This document shows, one piece after another, positions 27,732-38,283 of a DNA stretch of 64,000 nucleotides (position 1 is its first letter; every line of letters starts with the position of its first letter). Source of the stretch: an uncultured Acidobacteriota bacterium (GTDB lineage Bacteria > Acidobacteriota > UBA6911). The notes beneath the pieces are model-generated. The model did not search any database. It was not told the origin of the DNA and saw only the letters and a program-made list of their open reading frames with translations. A program made the translations under genes and the position numbers. The stretch covers positions 480,001 through 544,000 of the forward strand of contig CAWJKZ010000014.1 of the NCBI GenBank assembly GCA_963843575.1. The letters run 5' to 3'.

Positions 27732-29407
27732 TCGAGTCGCCTAGTCGTAAGAAGCAGCTGGCGCTTCTCCGGGGTCAATCGAAATAGGAGCAGGTTGTCC
27801 GTGTGTACGGCAAGAGCATACCCATCCGTCAACCTCGGGTCAATCTGGAGCGCGTTCCAGAACTCGTCGCCCTTCTCAAGGCAGAGCCAACCGACCTGCG
27901 AGCCGGGGGCACGCAGCGCCTGGTCCCACCGCCGGCGCCATCCCTCGTTGTAGACGAACTCCCGCACCGGCAGGCCGGAGTCGTAGACGAGCGGGGCCAA
28001 CTTGCCCATGTCGACGAGGATCCGGGTCGAATCGTACTGTGCGCGGAGAACCCGGAGGACTTGTTCCCTTTCGGGCTCGATAAACGCGTGTTCCAGCGTC
28101 TCGGACATAATCGGTTTCAACTCGCCGCGGAGCACCGGCAGGTGCATCCCGAGCAAGCTCAGGGCGAGCAGCGGCCAACGCCGCCACCCGGACGCCGACG
28201 CGAACAGGAACAGCACGAGCGCCGAGGCGGGCAGCAACAGGATGCCCGGGCCAGGCTGAAACGCCCGGTACCGCCATTCGGCCGGGAAATACCATGCCAG
28301 CCAGGGCAGCAGGATCGCCAGGCAAGCGACGGTCGTGAAGGTGCGCCGGACTGCCCGCTCCGAGCACAGCAGGAGGCTGCCGCAGATAGCGACGGCTGGC
28401 AGCAGCAGCACCGAGTAGCGCACCCGGTAGATGTGTCCCCAATACAGCGCGGCCACGTTGATGAGCGAGGGTGTCCAGAGCAAGGCAAGCGGGAGCCATT
28501 CTCGCATCCGGTCCCGGCGCATAAGCCCGTAGCAGACGCCCGCCACACCGACCGCGCATGCCAGGACCGACGCGATCTGCAGCAGCTCGCCCGCGTGGTA
28601 GGCGAGGGAAAACAGGGGGTGGTGAAACGTCTCGTACGGTGCCGGATTGCCCCGCGCCACGCGGACCAGGAATCCGTCGCGCAGTCGGAGATAGATGTAC
28701 CCAAAATGCAGCACCAGGGGACCCGCGAACAGTGCGGCGAACACGGCGGCGGCACGAAGCGCCCGCGCCCACGGCATCCGTTTCCACCAGGCATCCGCCC
28801 ACAGAAGTATCAGGACTCCTGCCAGGAATACCCACCCTTCGTAACGACAGAGGGCGCCAAGGCTGGCAAGGAAGGCCGCCACCCAGGGGCCGGACTCTCG
28901 CTCAGAAGCCCTCCAGGTCATCAGGGCGTCGGTCGCGCCGAGCAGAAGCGCGAGCGCCACCGGCTCGGTGAGCGGGCAACTCTGCAGATAGAGCAGGTTG
29001 GGGTTTGCCAGGAGCATGATCGCGGCAAACCAGCCGGCCGCGGGGAGCCCTGTCGCGCGCAGGGCGATCCGGAAGGCGAGCCAACCGGACAGGGCGAAGG
29101 CCGTCACCGAGATCAGGCTCGGGATGAGCCCTGAGCGATATTGGGAGTCGATCAAGACAAACGGCAGGTACAGCACGTGCAGCAAAGGCAGCCAGTGGCC
29201 GCCTAGCTGCATGTATCCCGGTTCCAGGGAATCGACGATGCGTCGGGCGACCACCAGGTGCGCTTTTGCGTCGTAGTGCGCCGTGGTCATTCCCCCCAGA
29301 AAATAGTGGAGGAAGGCCGCACCCCCGAGGCCGGTGCCCAGCAGGAGCACCGGCCACCCTCGCTGCGCCGGCGCATTCTTGCCCTCGGGGCCGGTTCCGT
29401 GGGTCAC
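27728..29407 (-). CDS. GT-C fold membrane glycosyltransferase (GT39/ArnT-like)
   Basis: [40 protein letters not shown], many TM helices; GTG overlaps the asnS stop. Confidence 0.75.
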   Translation of the reverse strand: MTHGTGPEGKNAPAQRGWPVLLLGTGLGGAAFLHYFLGGMTTAHYDAKAHLVVARRIVDSLEPGYMQLGGHWLPLLHVLYLPFVLIDSQYRSGLIPSLISVTAFALSGWLAFRIALRATGLPAAGWFAAIMLLANPNLLYLQSCPLTEPVALALLLGATDALMTWRASERESGPWVAAFLASLGALCRYEGWVFLAGVLILLWADAWWKRMPWARALRAAAVFAALFAGPLVLHFGYIYLRLRDGFLVRVARGNPAPYETFHHPLFSLAYHAGELLQIASVLACAVGVAGVCYGLMRRDRMREWLPLALLWTPSLINVAALYWGHIYRVRYSVLLLPAVAICGSLLLCSERAVRRTFTTVACLAILLPWLAWYFPAEWRYRAFQPGPGILLLPASALVLFLFASASGWRRWPLLALSLLGMHLPVLRGELKPIMSETLEHAFIEPEREQVLRVLRAQYDSTRILVDMGKLAPLVYDSGLPVREFVYNEGWRRRWDQALRAPGSQVGWLCLEKGDEFWNALQIDPRLTDGYALAVHTDNLLLFRLTPEKRQLLLTTRRLE

Positions 29408-30696
29408 GGGTAGATCCTGTAGAGCATGCGCGGAAACGCGATCGTTTCCCGCAGATGATCCAGCTTGCAGATCCAGGCGACGACGCGTTCGATCCCCATC
29501 CCGAAACCGGCGTGGGGCACGGTGCCGTACTTGCGCAGGTCCAGGTACCACTGGAACGGCTCGCTCGGAAGGCCGTGCTCGTCCAGGCGCCGGCGGAGCA
29601 GCTCGAAGTCGTGGATGCGCTGACCGCCTCCTATGATCTCGCCATACCCCTCGGGCGCCAGCACGTCGACGCACAGCGCTACGTCAGGCCGCTCCGGATC
29701 GGGCTGCATGTAGAATGCCTTGATGGCGGAGGGATAGCGGTGAACCATCACGGGCGAGTTGTACTGGTTCGACAGAATCGTCTCGTCGCCGCCTCCGAAA
29801 TCGCCTCCCCACTCTATCTCCGAGCCTGATTGCCTCAGTTTTGCGACCGCCTCGTCATAGGAGACACGGGGGAAGGGGCGGACGACCTTCTCGAGCGCCG
29901 CGATGTCGCGCTCCAGGGTCTGCAGTTCGTTCCGTCGCCGCGCGAGCACCCGCTGAATGATGAAGAATATGAGCGATTCCGCCAGCTCCATGGTGTCCTC
30001 GAGGTCGGCATAGGCCACCTCGGGCTCGATCATCCAGAACTCCATCAGATGCCGGCGAGTTTTTGATTTCTCGGCCCGGAAGGTCGGGCCGAAACAGTAC
30101 ACCTTGCCGAAAGCCGCCGCGGTGGCCTCGTTGTAAAGCTGGCCGCTCTGGGTGAGGTAGGCCTTCTGGTCGAAGTATTCCGTTTCGAACAGGGTCGTGG
30201 TCCCTTCGCACGCGTTGGGGGTGAATATTGGTGTGTCCACCAACGTGAATCCCCTGTCGTCGAAAAAGTCCCGGCACGCGCGGATGACCTCGTGACGAAT
30301 CTTGAGAATCGCGTGCTGTCGCGAGCTGCGCAGCCACAAATGTCGGTGTTCCATCAGGAACGCGGTGCCGTGGTCCTTCGGTGTGATGGGGTAATCGCTT
30401 GCGATCTGACCCACCTCGAAGCCCGTCACTTCGAGTTCATAGCCTCCCGGCGCCCGCGGATCGTTCCGGACCTTCCCGCTCAGCTGCACGCTCGACTCCT
30501 GCGTCAGCCGGTCGAGAGCCTCGAACTGCTCGGGGGTGAAGTTCCCCTTGAATGCCACGCACTGCATGATCCCTGTCCCGTCGCGCAGCAGGATGAACTG
30601 CAGTTTGCCGCTGCTGCGCTTGTTGTACACCCAGCCGCGCAGCGTCACCTCGCCCCCCTCGTGCTGACCAATATCCTCGATATAAACGGAACTCAT
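29404..30696 (-). CDS. asnS: asparagine--tRNA ligase
   Basis: OB-fold (RGWV...LRDGTG), [56 protein letters not shown]. Confidence 0.96.
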   Translation of the reverse strand: MSSVYIEDIGQHEGGEVTLRGWVYNKRSSGKLQFILLRDGTGIMQCVAFKGNFTPEQFEALDRLTQESSVQLSGKVRNDPRAPGGYELEVTGFEVGQIASDYPITPKDHGTAFLMEHRHLWLRSSRQHAILKIRHEVIRACRDFFDDRGFTLVDTPIFTPNACEGTTTLFETEYFDQKAYLTQSGQLYNEATAAAFGKVYCFGPTFRAEKSKTRRHLMEFWMIEPEVAYADLEDTMELAESLIFFIIQRVLARRRNELQTLERDIAALEKVVRPFPRVSYDEAVAKLRQSGSEIEWGGDFGGGDETILSNQYNSPVMVHRYPSAIKAFYMQPDPERPDVALCVDVLAPEGYGEIIGGGQRIHDFELLRRRLDEHGLPSEPFQWYLDLRKYGTVPHAGFGMGIERVVAWICKLDHLRETIAFPRMLYRIYP

Positions 30697-31298
30697 CTTC
30701 GTCCTTTCTCGACGCGGCGGTCGGGGTTCTCGTGACCGGCCGAGAATACCATGTGGCCCGGTTGTGTGTCGCAACTCTGGCAGAATTTCAAATAGAGAGC
30801 GTAGTAGCTGTCCCTGAGGAATTCGGACTCGTCGAAGCCGAGTAACGCCGCGACCCGCCGGATCACCGGCTCCGGCCCTTCCAGCTCGGCGTAATCCCCC
30901 ACCGGGGTTTCGTCCAGCGCCAGGCGCAATGCGGCGGCACCGGGGGCGCGCACCTCAAGCTCTTCCCGGTACTTCTGATACCGGAACCACACCTGCAGTC
31001 CGAGCCGGGCGAAAATCTCCAGGGCCGCAGCCGGGTCGGCAACGGGTGTCTCGATCTCCTCGCGAACCTTGAAAACACCCGTGGGCTGCGCCGGCCCTTT
31101 GAAGGTCAGCGATGAGTTCGCGCCTGCCGAGCGCACCCGCACCACGCAGGATTGTCCGCGCAACCGCCCGTCCGGGTAGTCGAGCAGATAGTTGTCCTCA
31201 AGGTGCCGAGCCGACAGCAGCATCGGCTTGAGCTCGTCCACACGGCGCCGGAAGCTCTCGGGATCTTTGATCTTGAGTTTGATTTCCGTCTCGTTCAA
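30693..31298 (-). CDS. CYTH domain protein (class IV adenylate cyclase-like)
   Basis: ETEIK N-terminal ExExK, RVR, LTFKGP, KVREEIE, YQKYRE, LDET..G.YAELEG. Confidence 0.85.
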   Translation of the reverse strand: MNETEIKLKIKDPESFRRRVDELKPMLLSARHLEDNYLLDYPDGRLRGQSCVVRVRSAGANSSLTFKGPAQPTGVFKVREEIETPVADPAAALEIFARLGLQVWFRYQKYREELEVRAPGAAALRLALDETPVGDYAELEGPEPVIRRVAALLGFDESEFLRDSYYALYLKFCQSCDTQPGHMVFSAGHENPDRRVEKGRR

Positions 31299-31468
31299 CG
31301 GGCAGCCTCCGCCCCAAAAGCTAATTCCCGCCCCTTGCTCTTGGCAAGAACAAAAGCGGTTAGGCGGCGTCCGCGGCAGGCCTGCGTTATTTTTCGACTT
31401 TTTGCCTTACCCCCGAGTCAAAACAGGCGTAGACAGAGAAGGAATCGAACCTCGAATGGGTGCAGTGG

Positions 31469-32098
31469 ATGGAAAACAGCCTGGACCCCGCGATCCCCAA
31501 GGGCCACCTGCCGAACTCGGTCTCTGACGAAGGTCTGCAGGAGCGGAGCTGGGTGAGCGCCAGCCAGAGGGGCGACACCCTGGCATTCAACCGGCTGGTG
31601 TTGAAGTGGGAAAAGGCGATCTTCAACCTGACGCTCCGGATGCTGCAGGACCCGGACGAAGCGGCGGAGGCGGCACAGGACGTTTTCCTCTCCGCTTTCA
31701 GAAGCATACGGCATTTTAGGCAGGACGCGCGGTTCTCGACGTGGCTCTACCGCATAGCGGTAAACCACTGCATCACGAGGCTGAGGCGACGACCGCCGGG
31801 TGTTCACTATTCGCTCGACGACACACGCGACGACGTGCCGCTTTCCGAAAGGCTGCCGGCCGTCGCCTCGCACGAAGGCGACTTGCTGAGGGACGAAAGC
31901 CAGAAGCGGGTCCGCATTGCCCTGACGTTTCTTCCCGCGGAGCAGCGGGCCGTTGTTGAACTCAAGTTCTTCCAGGAACTGACGTTCGAGGAAATCGCAG
32001 GAATCGTAGAGGCCCCGTTGAGCACGGTCAAGTCACGGCTATACGCCGGGCTCGAGATGCTCAAGACAAGGCTGGGCGGCATCCCGCTGCACAGCTGA
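31469..32098 (+). CDS. ECF RNA polymerase sigma-70 factor
   Basis: GD..AF..LV, QDVFL.AF, FSTWLYRIAVNHC region 2; LTFEEIA...STVKSRL region 4. Start uncertain (31460 or 31469). Confidence 0.92.
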   Translation: MENSLDPAIPKGHLPNSVSDEGLQERSWVSASQRGDTLAFNRLVLKWEKAIFNLTLRMLQDPDEAAEAAQDVFLSAFRSIRHFRQDARFSTWLYRIAVNHCITRLRRRPPGVHYSLDDTRDDVPLSERLPAVASHEGDLLRDESQKRVRIALTFLPAEQRAVVELKFFQELTFEEIAGIVEAPLSTVKSRLYAGLEMLKTRLGGIPLHS

Positions 32099-32904
32099 TG
32101 GAGGTGGAGAACATGACGTCCGGTTGCGGCAGATTCCGGGAACAGATCCCCATGGCGATGCTCGGTGACATCGGGCCCGAGGCGCAAGCCGACCTCGACC
32201 GTCACATCGCCGAATGCGCCCCCTGCCGGGACGAACAGGAGCTCTATCGGAATACCCTCGGGCACGTGCGGGCGGCCTGCGACGTTCCGACGCCGCGGCA
32301 CTTTTTCGTCTACGACGAGCCGAGCGCCAGGACCCCCTGGTGGCTTTTCCGCCAGATGCCGCGCGCCTGGCAGACGTCGATGGCCGCGGCGGCCATCGTC
32401 CTGGCTATCCTCTCCACGGCGGCGCTGACCCGACTCAGGGTCCGAGTGTCGGACGGGGCCCTGACGGTGGCCTTCGGGGCGCTGCCTAGCCCTGTCCCCG
32501 CCCCTCCCCCCGTCGACACCGCCGCCCTCGAAGCGCGCCTGTTGAAGGCCGTGGAGCAACGGGGCCGCCTCGAATCCGCGAAACTCCTGAGCACGCTGCG
32601 CGACGAGATCTCCAATTCGGGACGGAAAATTACCGGTCAGCAGCGAGCGCTCCTCCAGACGGCGCTCGCGCGGGTGGAGAACCGCGTGGACCAGAACGTG
32701 ACCGGCGCGATGGCCGCAGTGCAGGCACGCAGCGACAAGTCAATCGCGGACCTTTACGAGGCCGTCTCGCTTCAGCAGCAGCGGGACCGCAGCGCGATCG
32801 AGAACCGGATCGACAGGCTCGCCGTCAACGGCGAAGCAAAGAGCAACCAGACCGACGCCATTCTGCAGACGCTGCTCGAAGTGGCGGAGTTGAGGATGAA
32901 ATAA
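32098..32904 (+). CDS. zinc-binding anti-sigma factor (zf-HC2) membrane protein
   Basis: HIAECAPC (HxxxCxxC), one TM helix, coiled-coil extracytoplasmic part; coupled to the sigma gene. Confidence 0.85.
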   Translation: MEVENMTSGCGRFREQIPMAMLGDIGPEAQADLDRHIAECAPCRDEQELYRNTLGHVRAACDVPTPRHFFVYDEPSARTPWWLFRQMPRAWQTSMAAAAIVLAILSTAALTRLRVRVSDGALTVAFGALPSPVPAPPPVDTAALEARLLKAVEQRGRLESAKLLSTLRDEISNSGRKITGQQRALLQTALARVENRVDQNVTGAMAAVQARSDKSIADLYEAVSLQQQRDRSAIENRIDRLAVNGEAKSNQTDAILQTLLEVAELRMK

Positions 32905-32925
32905 TCCCCTAACCGGAGAACAACA

Positions 32926-33819
32926 ATGAAGAGGCACCTGATAGCCCTAGTCTTGATAGTAGCTGCAGGAACACTGTCTTCGGGCTCGACCCAGACCGCC
33001 CGGACGGATCTGTTCGACGCGAAGAAATCGCAGCAGGAACTCGAGGTCATGCGCGGAATCCTGGGCACTACCCTGAGCTTCGTGACCCGTGAAATGCAGG
33101 GCCGGAGCACCGGCACCGCAGCGCGGGAAGAGGGACTGGTCCGGAGCTTCGGATGGGGCAGCAACGTCAACGCCTTTTACCTGTATGGCCAGGGAGCCAC
33201 GTTTATCGTCCCCATGTCCCGATTCTCTTACGGCCGGCTTGCCGGATTCGACCTCGGCGGGAGCGTAGACGCCATGGAGGAAGTGCAACACGAACTCGAA
33301 GCCGCCAGCGCCAGCATGGAGGCGCAGGCCGCAGCCCTTGCCGCGGAGGCAAGCAGCGGGTACGCGCAGACGCCGCCCCCGGCGCCGCCCGCTCCACCCG
33401 CTCCGGCGGCCGCACCCGCCCCGCCGGCACCCCCTGCCCCCGCCGTGGCAGCCAAGCCGTCCCGGACCCCCCGGGCGGCTCGCAATTCCGAGGACTACCG
33501 CAAGCAGCTGGCGGAAGCCCAGGAGCGGGTGAAAGAGCGCCGGCAGCAGAGCGAGCAGAGGCGGCAGAAGATGCTGGAGACCGTCGACCAGGTCAAGGGC
33601 TACCTCGTGGAAGCCGTTGCGAACCACGGGGATTCGCTGACCCACGTCAAGCCGAACGAATACATCAATATCGTGATCACCACGGACGGGGGCGATTTTT
33701 TTGGGGGCGACGGAAGGCGCGAGGTCATCTCCGTGCAGAAGTCCACGATCACGGACTACAAGGCCGGCCGCCTCTCACTGGACGCCTTCAAGCAGAAGGT
33801 GCTGCAGTATTCCAACTGA
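32926..33819 (+). CDS. secreted hypothetical protein with Pro/Ala-rich linker and coiled coil
   Basis: Signal peptide, GGAGA SD, (PPAPPAP)n region; third gene of the ECF operon. Confidence 0.75.
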   Translation: MKRHLIALVLIVAAGTLSSGSTQTARTDLFDAKKSQQELEVMRGILGTTLSFVTREMQGRSTGTAAREEGLVRSFGWGSNVNAFYLYGQGATFIVPMSRFSYGRLAGFDLGGSVDAMEEVQHELEAASASMEAQAAALAAEASSGYAQTPPPAPPAPPAPAAAPAPPAPPAPAVAAKPSRTPRAARNSEDYRKQLAEAQERVKERRQQSEQRRQKMLETVDQVKGYLVEAVANHGDSLTHVKPNEYINIVITTDGGDFFGGDGRREVISVQKSTITDYKAGRLSLDAFKQKVLQYSN

Positions 33820-33826
33820 CCGGAAA

Positions 33827-33856
33827 GGGCGGGCCCCGCTGGGCGGGGGCCCGCCC
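33827..33856. terminator. hairpin between convergent genes, probable terminator
   Basis: GGGCGGGCCCC / GGGGCCCGCCC 11-bp stem; TTT follows on the minus strand. Confidence 0.5.
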
Positions 33857-33892
33857 GCCTCTTCGGCCCCGTCGCCATCGCACTTGAATCGA

Positions 33893-34891
33893 CTACATTT
33901 TGAACCGGCGAAGTGCGACGCCGCACTCGCGCAAAAGCGCGAGTGCGCGGTCGTTGAGCGGGTACTCCTGGTTGTAGACCACCTCGGCGATGCCGCTGTT
34001 GATGATCATCTTGGTGCAGAGCAGGCATGGGGCGAAGGTCGTGTACAGGGTGGCCCCCTTCAGACTCGTTCCGTGATATGCGGCCTGCGTGATCGCATTC
34101 TCCTCGCCGTGCGAGCAGAGACACTCCTCCAGAGCAGTGCCGCTCTGCGCTAGGCTGTTGCAGCGCGGGCAACCCCCTTCGTTACAGTTCCGGGCGCCGC
34201 GCGGGGTCCCGTTGTAGCCTGTCGACACCACCCTCTTGTCCTTGACGATGATGGCCGCGACCTTCCGCTTGATGCAGTTGCTGCGGGAGGAAACCACGCG
34301 CGCGATACTCATAAAGTACTCGTCCCAGTCGGGGCGCTGAAACCCCGCCATGAACCGCGGGATCAGCATCTCGAGTTTCTGGTGTAGATTCTCGACCGAG
34401 CCGTTGTTGTTCACCACCACGTCTGCCAGGCGATGCGTCGCAACGAGTTGCTGACTGGCGGGGTCGTCACTGTTCAGCTCACGCTCCTCCTCGGCCATGA
34501 ATTGCTGCAACGTCTGGGCGGCACCTTCCCTCGCCCGGGCCCGACTGCGCTCAAACCGCACATGCTCGTCCGCCTCCACGCCGAGCAATATGAAGTCCTT
34601 CCGACGTTTCAAAACCTGAACCTCCGCGGGGTTTCGTATCGAATCGACGACGTAGTTGCGCTCGTGACCGAGTCGAAGCAGCACCCGTTCCGCCAGAACT
34701 CCGGGACCGAATTTCGCCCGCAGCTCGTTCCCGACACAGATCAGTATCTCCCGGGTGATCTCCTGCCCTCTCGACCGGATCTCTTCCCGGATCTCGTCCG
34801 ACAGCGAGTGGTATTCGAACCCCCTGCTTTTGAGATACTCCGACACCTCGGTCTTACCCGACGCGTTCCGGCCCGTCAACCCGATGATCAT
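33893..34891 (-). CDS. P-loop nucleotide kinase-like domain fused to dCMP deaminase
   Basis: IIGLTGRNASGKT P-loop, VVDSIRNPAE; RPDWDEYFM, RSNC, TGYNGTP, HGEENAI, PCLLC. Confidence 0.88.
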   Translation of the reverse strand: MIIGLTGRNASGKTEVSEYLKSRGFEYHSLSDEIREEIRSRGQEITREILICVGNELRAKFGPGVLAERVLLRLGHERNYVVDSIRNPAEVQVLKRRKDFILLGVEADEHVRFERSRARAREGAAQTLQQFMAEEERELNSDDPASQQLVATHRLADVVVNNNGSVENLHQKLEMLIPRFMAGFQRPDWDEYFMSIARVVSSRSNCIKRKVAAIIVKDKRVVSTGYNGTPRGARNCNEGGCPRCNSLAQSGTALEECLCSHGEENAITQAAYHGTSLKGATLYTTFAPCLLCTKMIINSGIAEVVYNQEYPLNDRALALLRECGVALRRFKM

Positions 34892-34993
34892 GGCGTGCGA
34901 TGTTAAAGACTCGGAGTGGCCGTGTCAAATGAGGAGTTGGGGGGGCCGCCACGCGGCGGCTCCCCTGGTGGCTATGCGAGAAATATCCTTGCG

Positions 34994-35830
34994 CTACTCT
35001 ACCGGACCGCTTCGTCCCGCCTCGGGCAGCCCACGCGTCGACTGCTCCGGCCCCTCCGCGCGGGGCGCGAGGTTGACCGTTTCGAATCCGCTTATCTGTG
35101 CATTGGCGAGTATGTCGAGCGCCGACGGGAGCCTGCGCTCGTCGCCGCACACGCCGGACATGAGCGTGCCGTAGGCGACCTTTTCGGGATCGATGTGGGT
35201 GGTGATCCCGGCATTGTTTGACGCCAGCGGTACCGCCGATCCGGCAAACGGGAGTCGGGCGTCGATCACCACGGCGCCGCCGGTGGCCTCGCGGATGAAA
35301 GCAGCATTTGCACTTCCCAACCCAAGGGCGTGCCCGATCTCATGCAGGGCCACCGAGAGCAGATCGCAATGCCCCGCCGCATCTCCGGTCGGAGTGGCGA
35401 AGACCCGCGCCACGTTGACCAGCCCGGCGCCCATGTCCTGGAACTCCTCCCTGTAGCGCAGGTATTCCTCGTCCTGCATAGGGCTCGGATCCAAATAGAA
35501 CGACACCGCCCCGCTGTTGTCAAACAGGATCATGCCCGCGACCTCGCGGTCAGGCGTGGCTCGCTGCTCCACGGTCATGTGCACCCCGGCGGAACCCACC
35601 GGCGCCCAGCCGTAGTACAGCCTGAGAGTGAAGTCGTCGGGATAAGCCAGAGCCCAGCGCGCGGCGGCGGCGTTGAAGGTGTCGGCGAGGTTTCCGGCCC
35701 CGACGGTGTTGCCCGGGGCCTCACCGCCCACAAACTCGGTGACTATCTCGATGGCCGGAAGTTCGGGGGTCAGGACGGAAACAGCCAGCAGGACCAGCAG
35801 GACAGCTTTTGCTCTCATTACCTTCCTCAC
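34994..35830 (-). CDS. secreted matrixin-like zinc metalloprotease
   Basis: Signal peptide; DLLSVALHEIGHALGL; LMSG Met-turn candidate. Confidence 0.7.
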   Translation of the reverse strand: MRKVMRAKAVLLVLLAVSVLTPELPAIEIVTEFVGGEAPGNTVGAGNLADTFNAAAARWALAYPDDFTLRLYYGWAPVGSAGVHMTVEQRATPDREVAGMILFDNSGAVSFYLDPSPMQDEEYLRYREEFQDMGAGLVNVARVFATPTGDAAGHCDLLSVALHEIGHALGLGSANAAFIREATGGAVVIDARLPFAGSAVPLASNNAGITTHIDPEKVAYGTLMSGVCGDERRLPSALDILANAQISGFETVNLAPRAEGPEQSTRGLPEAGRSGPVE

Positions 35831-36262
35831 GAATCAGATTCGTTTGGCTATTCGAGGAAGGACATCCAGGGCAGTGCAATCGGCTGACCAGTGGCAGTCG
35901 GCACCGGATCATTGGAGAGTAGTATTTGGCTATTGCACTGATAATGCAGTGGTTTGCTTCTTCCCTTCTGTTGTGCCCCAACACCGGGTAGCCGCGAGCG
36001 CCGGACGTGTATGTAAAGTTTGCCGATATCGGTTGTGACGCCGAAGGCCGCCTCCTCCGACGCAAACCGCACCACCGGTTCACCTTAGGTCGTGCTTCGC
36101 AGATTGTAAGGTTTAACGACACCCTCCGGGCGGCCGCGTGCGGGATCCCGGCCGACGGATGGGATCGGGACGAAGCGGGGCTTGGGCAGCGGGTCCTCGG
36201 GCGACTTGATCTCCTGGACAAATTGGCATATTTTCGGGGTTCCATTTTGCCGAGGTTTAGCC

Positions 36263-36853
36263 ATGATCGACCGGGATGCGGGCTGGGCGCTTTTGCTGGA
36301 GTACACGAAGTCGGAGAGCCTGCGCCACCACGCGCTGGCAGTTGAAACCCTGATGCGGGCCTACGCCCTCAAGTTCGGGGAGGACAGCGAGATCTGGTCG
36401 ATTGTCGGGCTGCTGCACGATTTCGACTACGAGATGTACCCGCATTTTCCGGATCACCCGTCGAAAGGGGCCGAGCTCCTGCGGAGTCACGGTTACCCGG
36501 AAGAGATTGTCTATGCCATCTCGTCGCACGTCGAGGCGATGAATCTGGCACGGCACAACCTGCTGTGCCGTGCGCTATTCGCCTGCGACGAACTCGCCGG
36601 ATTCCTGGTCGCGGCAGCGCTGGTGCGGCCAGGGAAATCCATTCTCGGGATGGAAGCGAAATCGGTCCGAAAGAAGTTGAAGGACAAAGCCTTTGCGCGG
36701 TCCGTCAGTCGCGACGACATCTTCCGAGGCGCAGCCGAGCTTGGGATCGAGCTCGACGAGCACATCGCGTTCTGCATCAAAGCGCTCGAGGGGAACGCGA
36801 AGGCGCTGGGGCTGGACGGCTCGGGTCCGGTCCGGCAAGGGCAGTCATCGTAA
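36263..36853 (+). CDS. HD/HDIG domain phosphohydrolase
   Basis: LRHHALAVE, GLLHDFDYE, AISSH, ACDELAG, KKLKDKAFARSVSR. Confidence 0.88.
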   Translation: MIDRDAGWALLLEYTKSESLRHHALAVETLMRAYALKFGEDSEIWSIVGLLHDFDYEMYPHFPDHPSKGAELLRSHGYPEEIVYAISSHVEAMNLARHNLLCRALFACDELAGFLVAAALVRPGKSILGMEAKSVRKKLKDKAFARSVSRDDIFRGAAELGIELDEHIAFCIKALEGNAKALGLDGSGPVRQGQSS

Positions 36854-36863
36854 GCCGGGCCGC

Positions 36864-38036
36864 TCAGCGATAGAGGAGGTAGGGTTGCCTGCGGCGCTCG
36901 AATGCCTCCACATCGTCCCGCCAGCTCTGCCGGACCTCCACGGGACCGGCGCCCGCATCCATCAGGGACGGGAGGCGAGTGCCACCGCACAGGATATCGA
37001 TTGGCCTCTTGTGGTACTCGTACTCGTAGGGCGGCTTGCGCCATTCGAAGGCTGCCGGGTAGAGCGCTTTTGCGGCGGAGATCACCATGACACCGGCCAG
37101 GAGCGGTTCAAAGGCGTCGCGGTCTAACACGTGCAGCTGAACCCCTCCGCACATCTCTCCGGCCCATTTCTGGAAGGTGGGCTGAAAGTATGCCGGCCGG
37201 AAATGCACGCCTGGGAGTTCCAGTCGGTTTAAGCGCTCCGCGAGCATGCGCGCGTTTATATAGGGGGCGCCTATGTATTCGAAGGGCCGGGTTGTGCCTC
37301 GCCCTTCCGACAGCAGAGTGCCTTCCACCAAGACCGTACCCGGGTAAGTGATCGCCGAATCCAGCGTCGGAATATTGGGAGACGGCTGAACCCAGGGCAA
37401 ACCGGTCTGGTCGAACCAGAGATCCCGCTTCCAACCCTCCATCGGTACGACGGTCAGGTCGCACCGTATGCCGAACTCGGCGTTGAACAGAAGGGCGAGC
37501 TCGCCCACCGTCATTCCGTGCCGCATCGGGATGGGGTACATTCCCACAAAGGAGCTGAAGGCGCGGTCAAGGAGGCTTCCTTCGACGCAGCGACCGTTGA
37601 TTGGGTTCGGCCTGTCCGCGACGATCATCCGCCGGCCCGCACGCGCGCACGCTTCCATGCAACCCGCCATGGTGTAGATAAAGGTATACACGCGCGTTCC
37701 CACATCCTGCAGGTCGCAGAGGAGCACGTCGATATCCTCCAGCATCCCCGGTGTGGGCTGGCGCGTGTCGCTGTACAAGCTGTGGACGGGGAGCCCGGTG
37801 TCGGGGTCGCGGTAGAACTCCGACTCGATCATGTTGTCCTGTTTCTCGCCGCGGGCTCCATGTTGAGGGCCAAAGAGCGAAACGCACCGGAAGGAACCCT
37901 CGCCCGACAACACATCGGCGGTGTGACGCAGATCGGGCAACACGGACGCTGGATGCACGACGCACCCGACGCGGGCGCCTTCGAGCAGGGACCGTCGCTC
38001 GTGCATCAACACCTCTAACCCAAGCCGTACCGTCAT
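36864..38036 (-). CDS. exo-beta-N-acetylmuramidase NamZ family (DUF1343/YbbC)
   Basis: LFGPQHG, PVHSLY, DLQDVGTRVYTFIYTM, DRPNP, RHGMTVGELA, PSPNIP, SEGRGTTRPFE. Confidence 0.9.
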   Translation of the reverse strand: MTVRLGLEVLMHERRSLLEGARVGCVVHPASVLPDLRHTADVLSGEGSFRCVSLFGPQHGARGEKQDNMIESEFYRDPDTGLPVHSLYSDTRQPTPGMLEDIDVLLCDLQDVGTRVYTFIYTMAGCMEACARAGRRMIVADRPNPINGRCVEGSLLDRAFSSFVGMYPIPMRHGMTVGELALLFNAEFGIRCDLTVVPMEGWKRDLWFDQTGLPWVQPSPNIPTLDSAITYPGTVLVEGTLLSEGRGTTRPFEYIGAPYINARMLAERLNRLELPGVHFRPAYFQPTFQKWAGEMCGGVQLHVLDRDAFEPLLAGVMVISAAKALYPAAFEWRKPPYEYEYHKRPIDILCGGTRLPSLMDAGAGPVEVRQSWRDDVEAFERRRQPYLLYR

Positions 38037-38283
38037 GATGCCCTCCGCGGCGACGCCGGCGCCATCCGTCACCAGCCGAACATGTTAAAAACACTTGACT
38101 TGCGGCAGTCGCCTATGTCATTTATTTACACTTGTTTCACAAATCTGGGCAGCGAGTCAACCGCAGTGTTCCGGATGAACCCACCTTCCCGCACGATGTG
38201 GCTCCCATATCGGGTACGTAGGAGTATGGGAGCAAAAGGAGTAGCCCGAACGTCCGCGATGTACAAGCCCGCAAGGATGATCG

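Noticed and set aside
33370-33445. Repetitive CCG-rich DNA
   Set aside because: Encodes a Pro/Ala linker inside a CDS.
35850-36070. GGCAAAC / GCAAACC motifs reminiscent of a c-di-GMP-I riboswitch
   Set aside because: Spacing is too long, with no GNRA-capped P2 stem or receptor.
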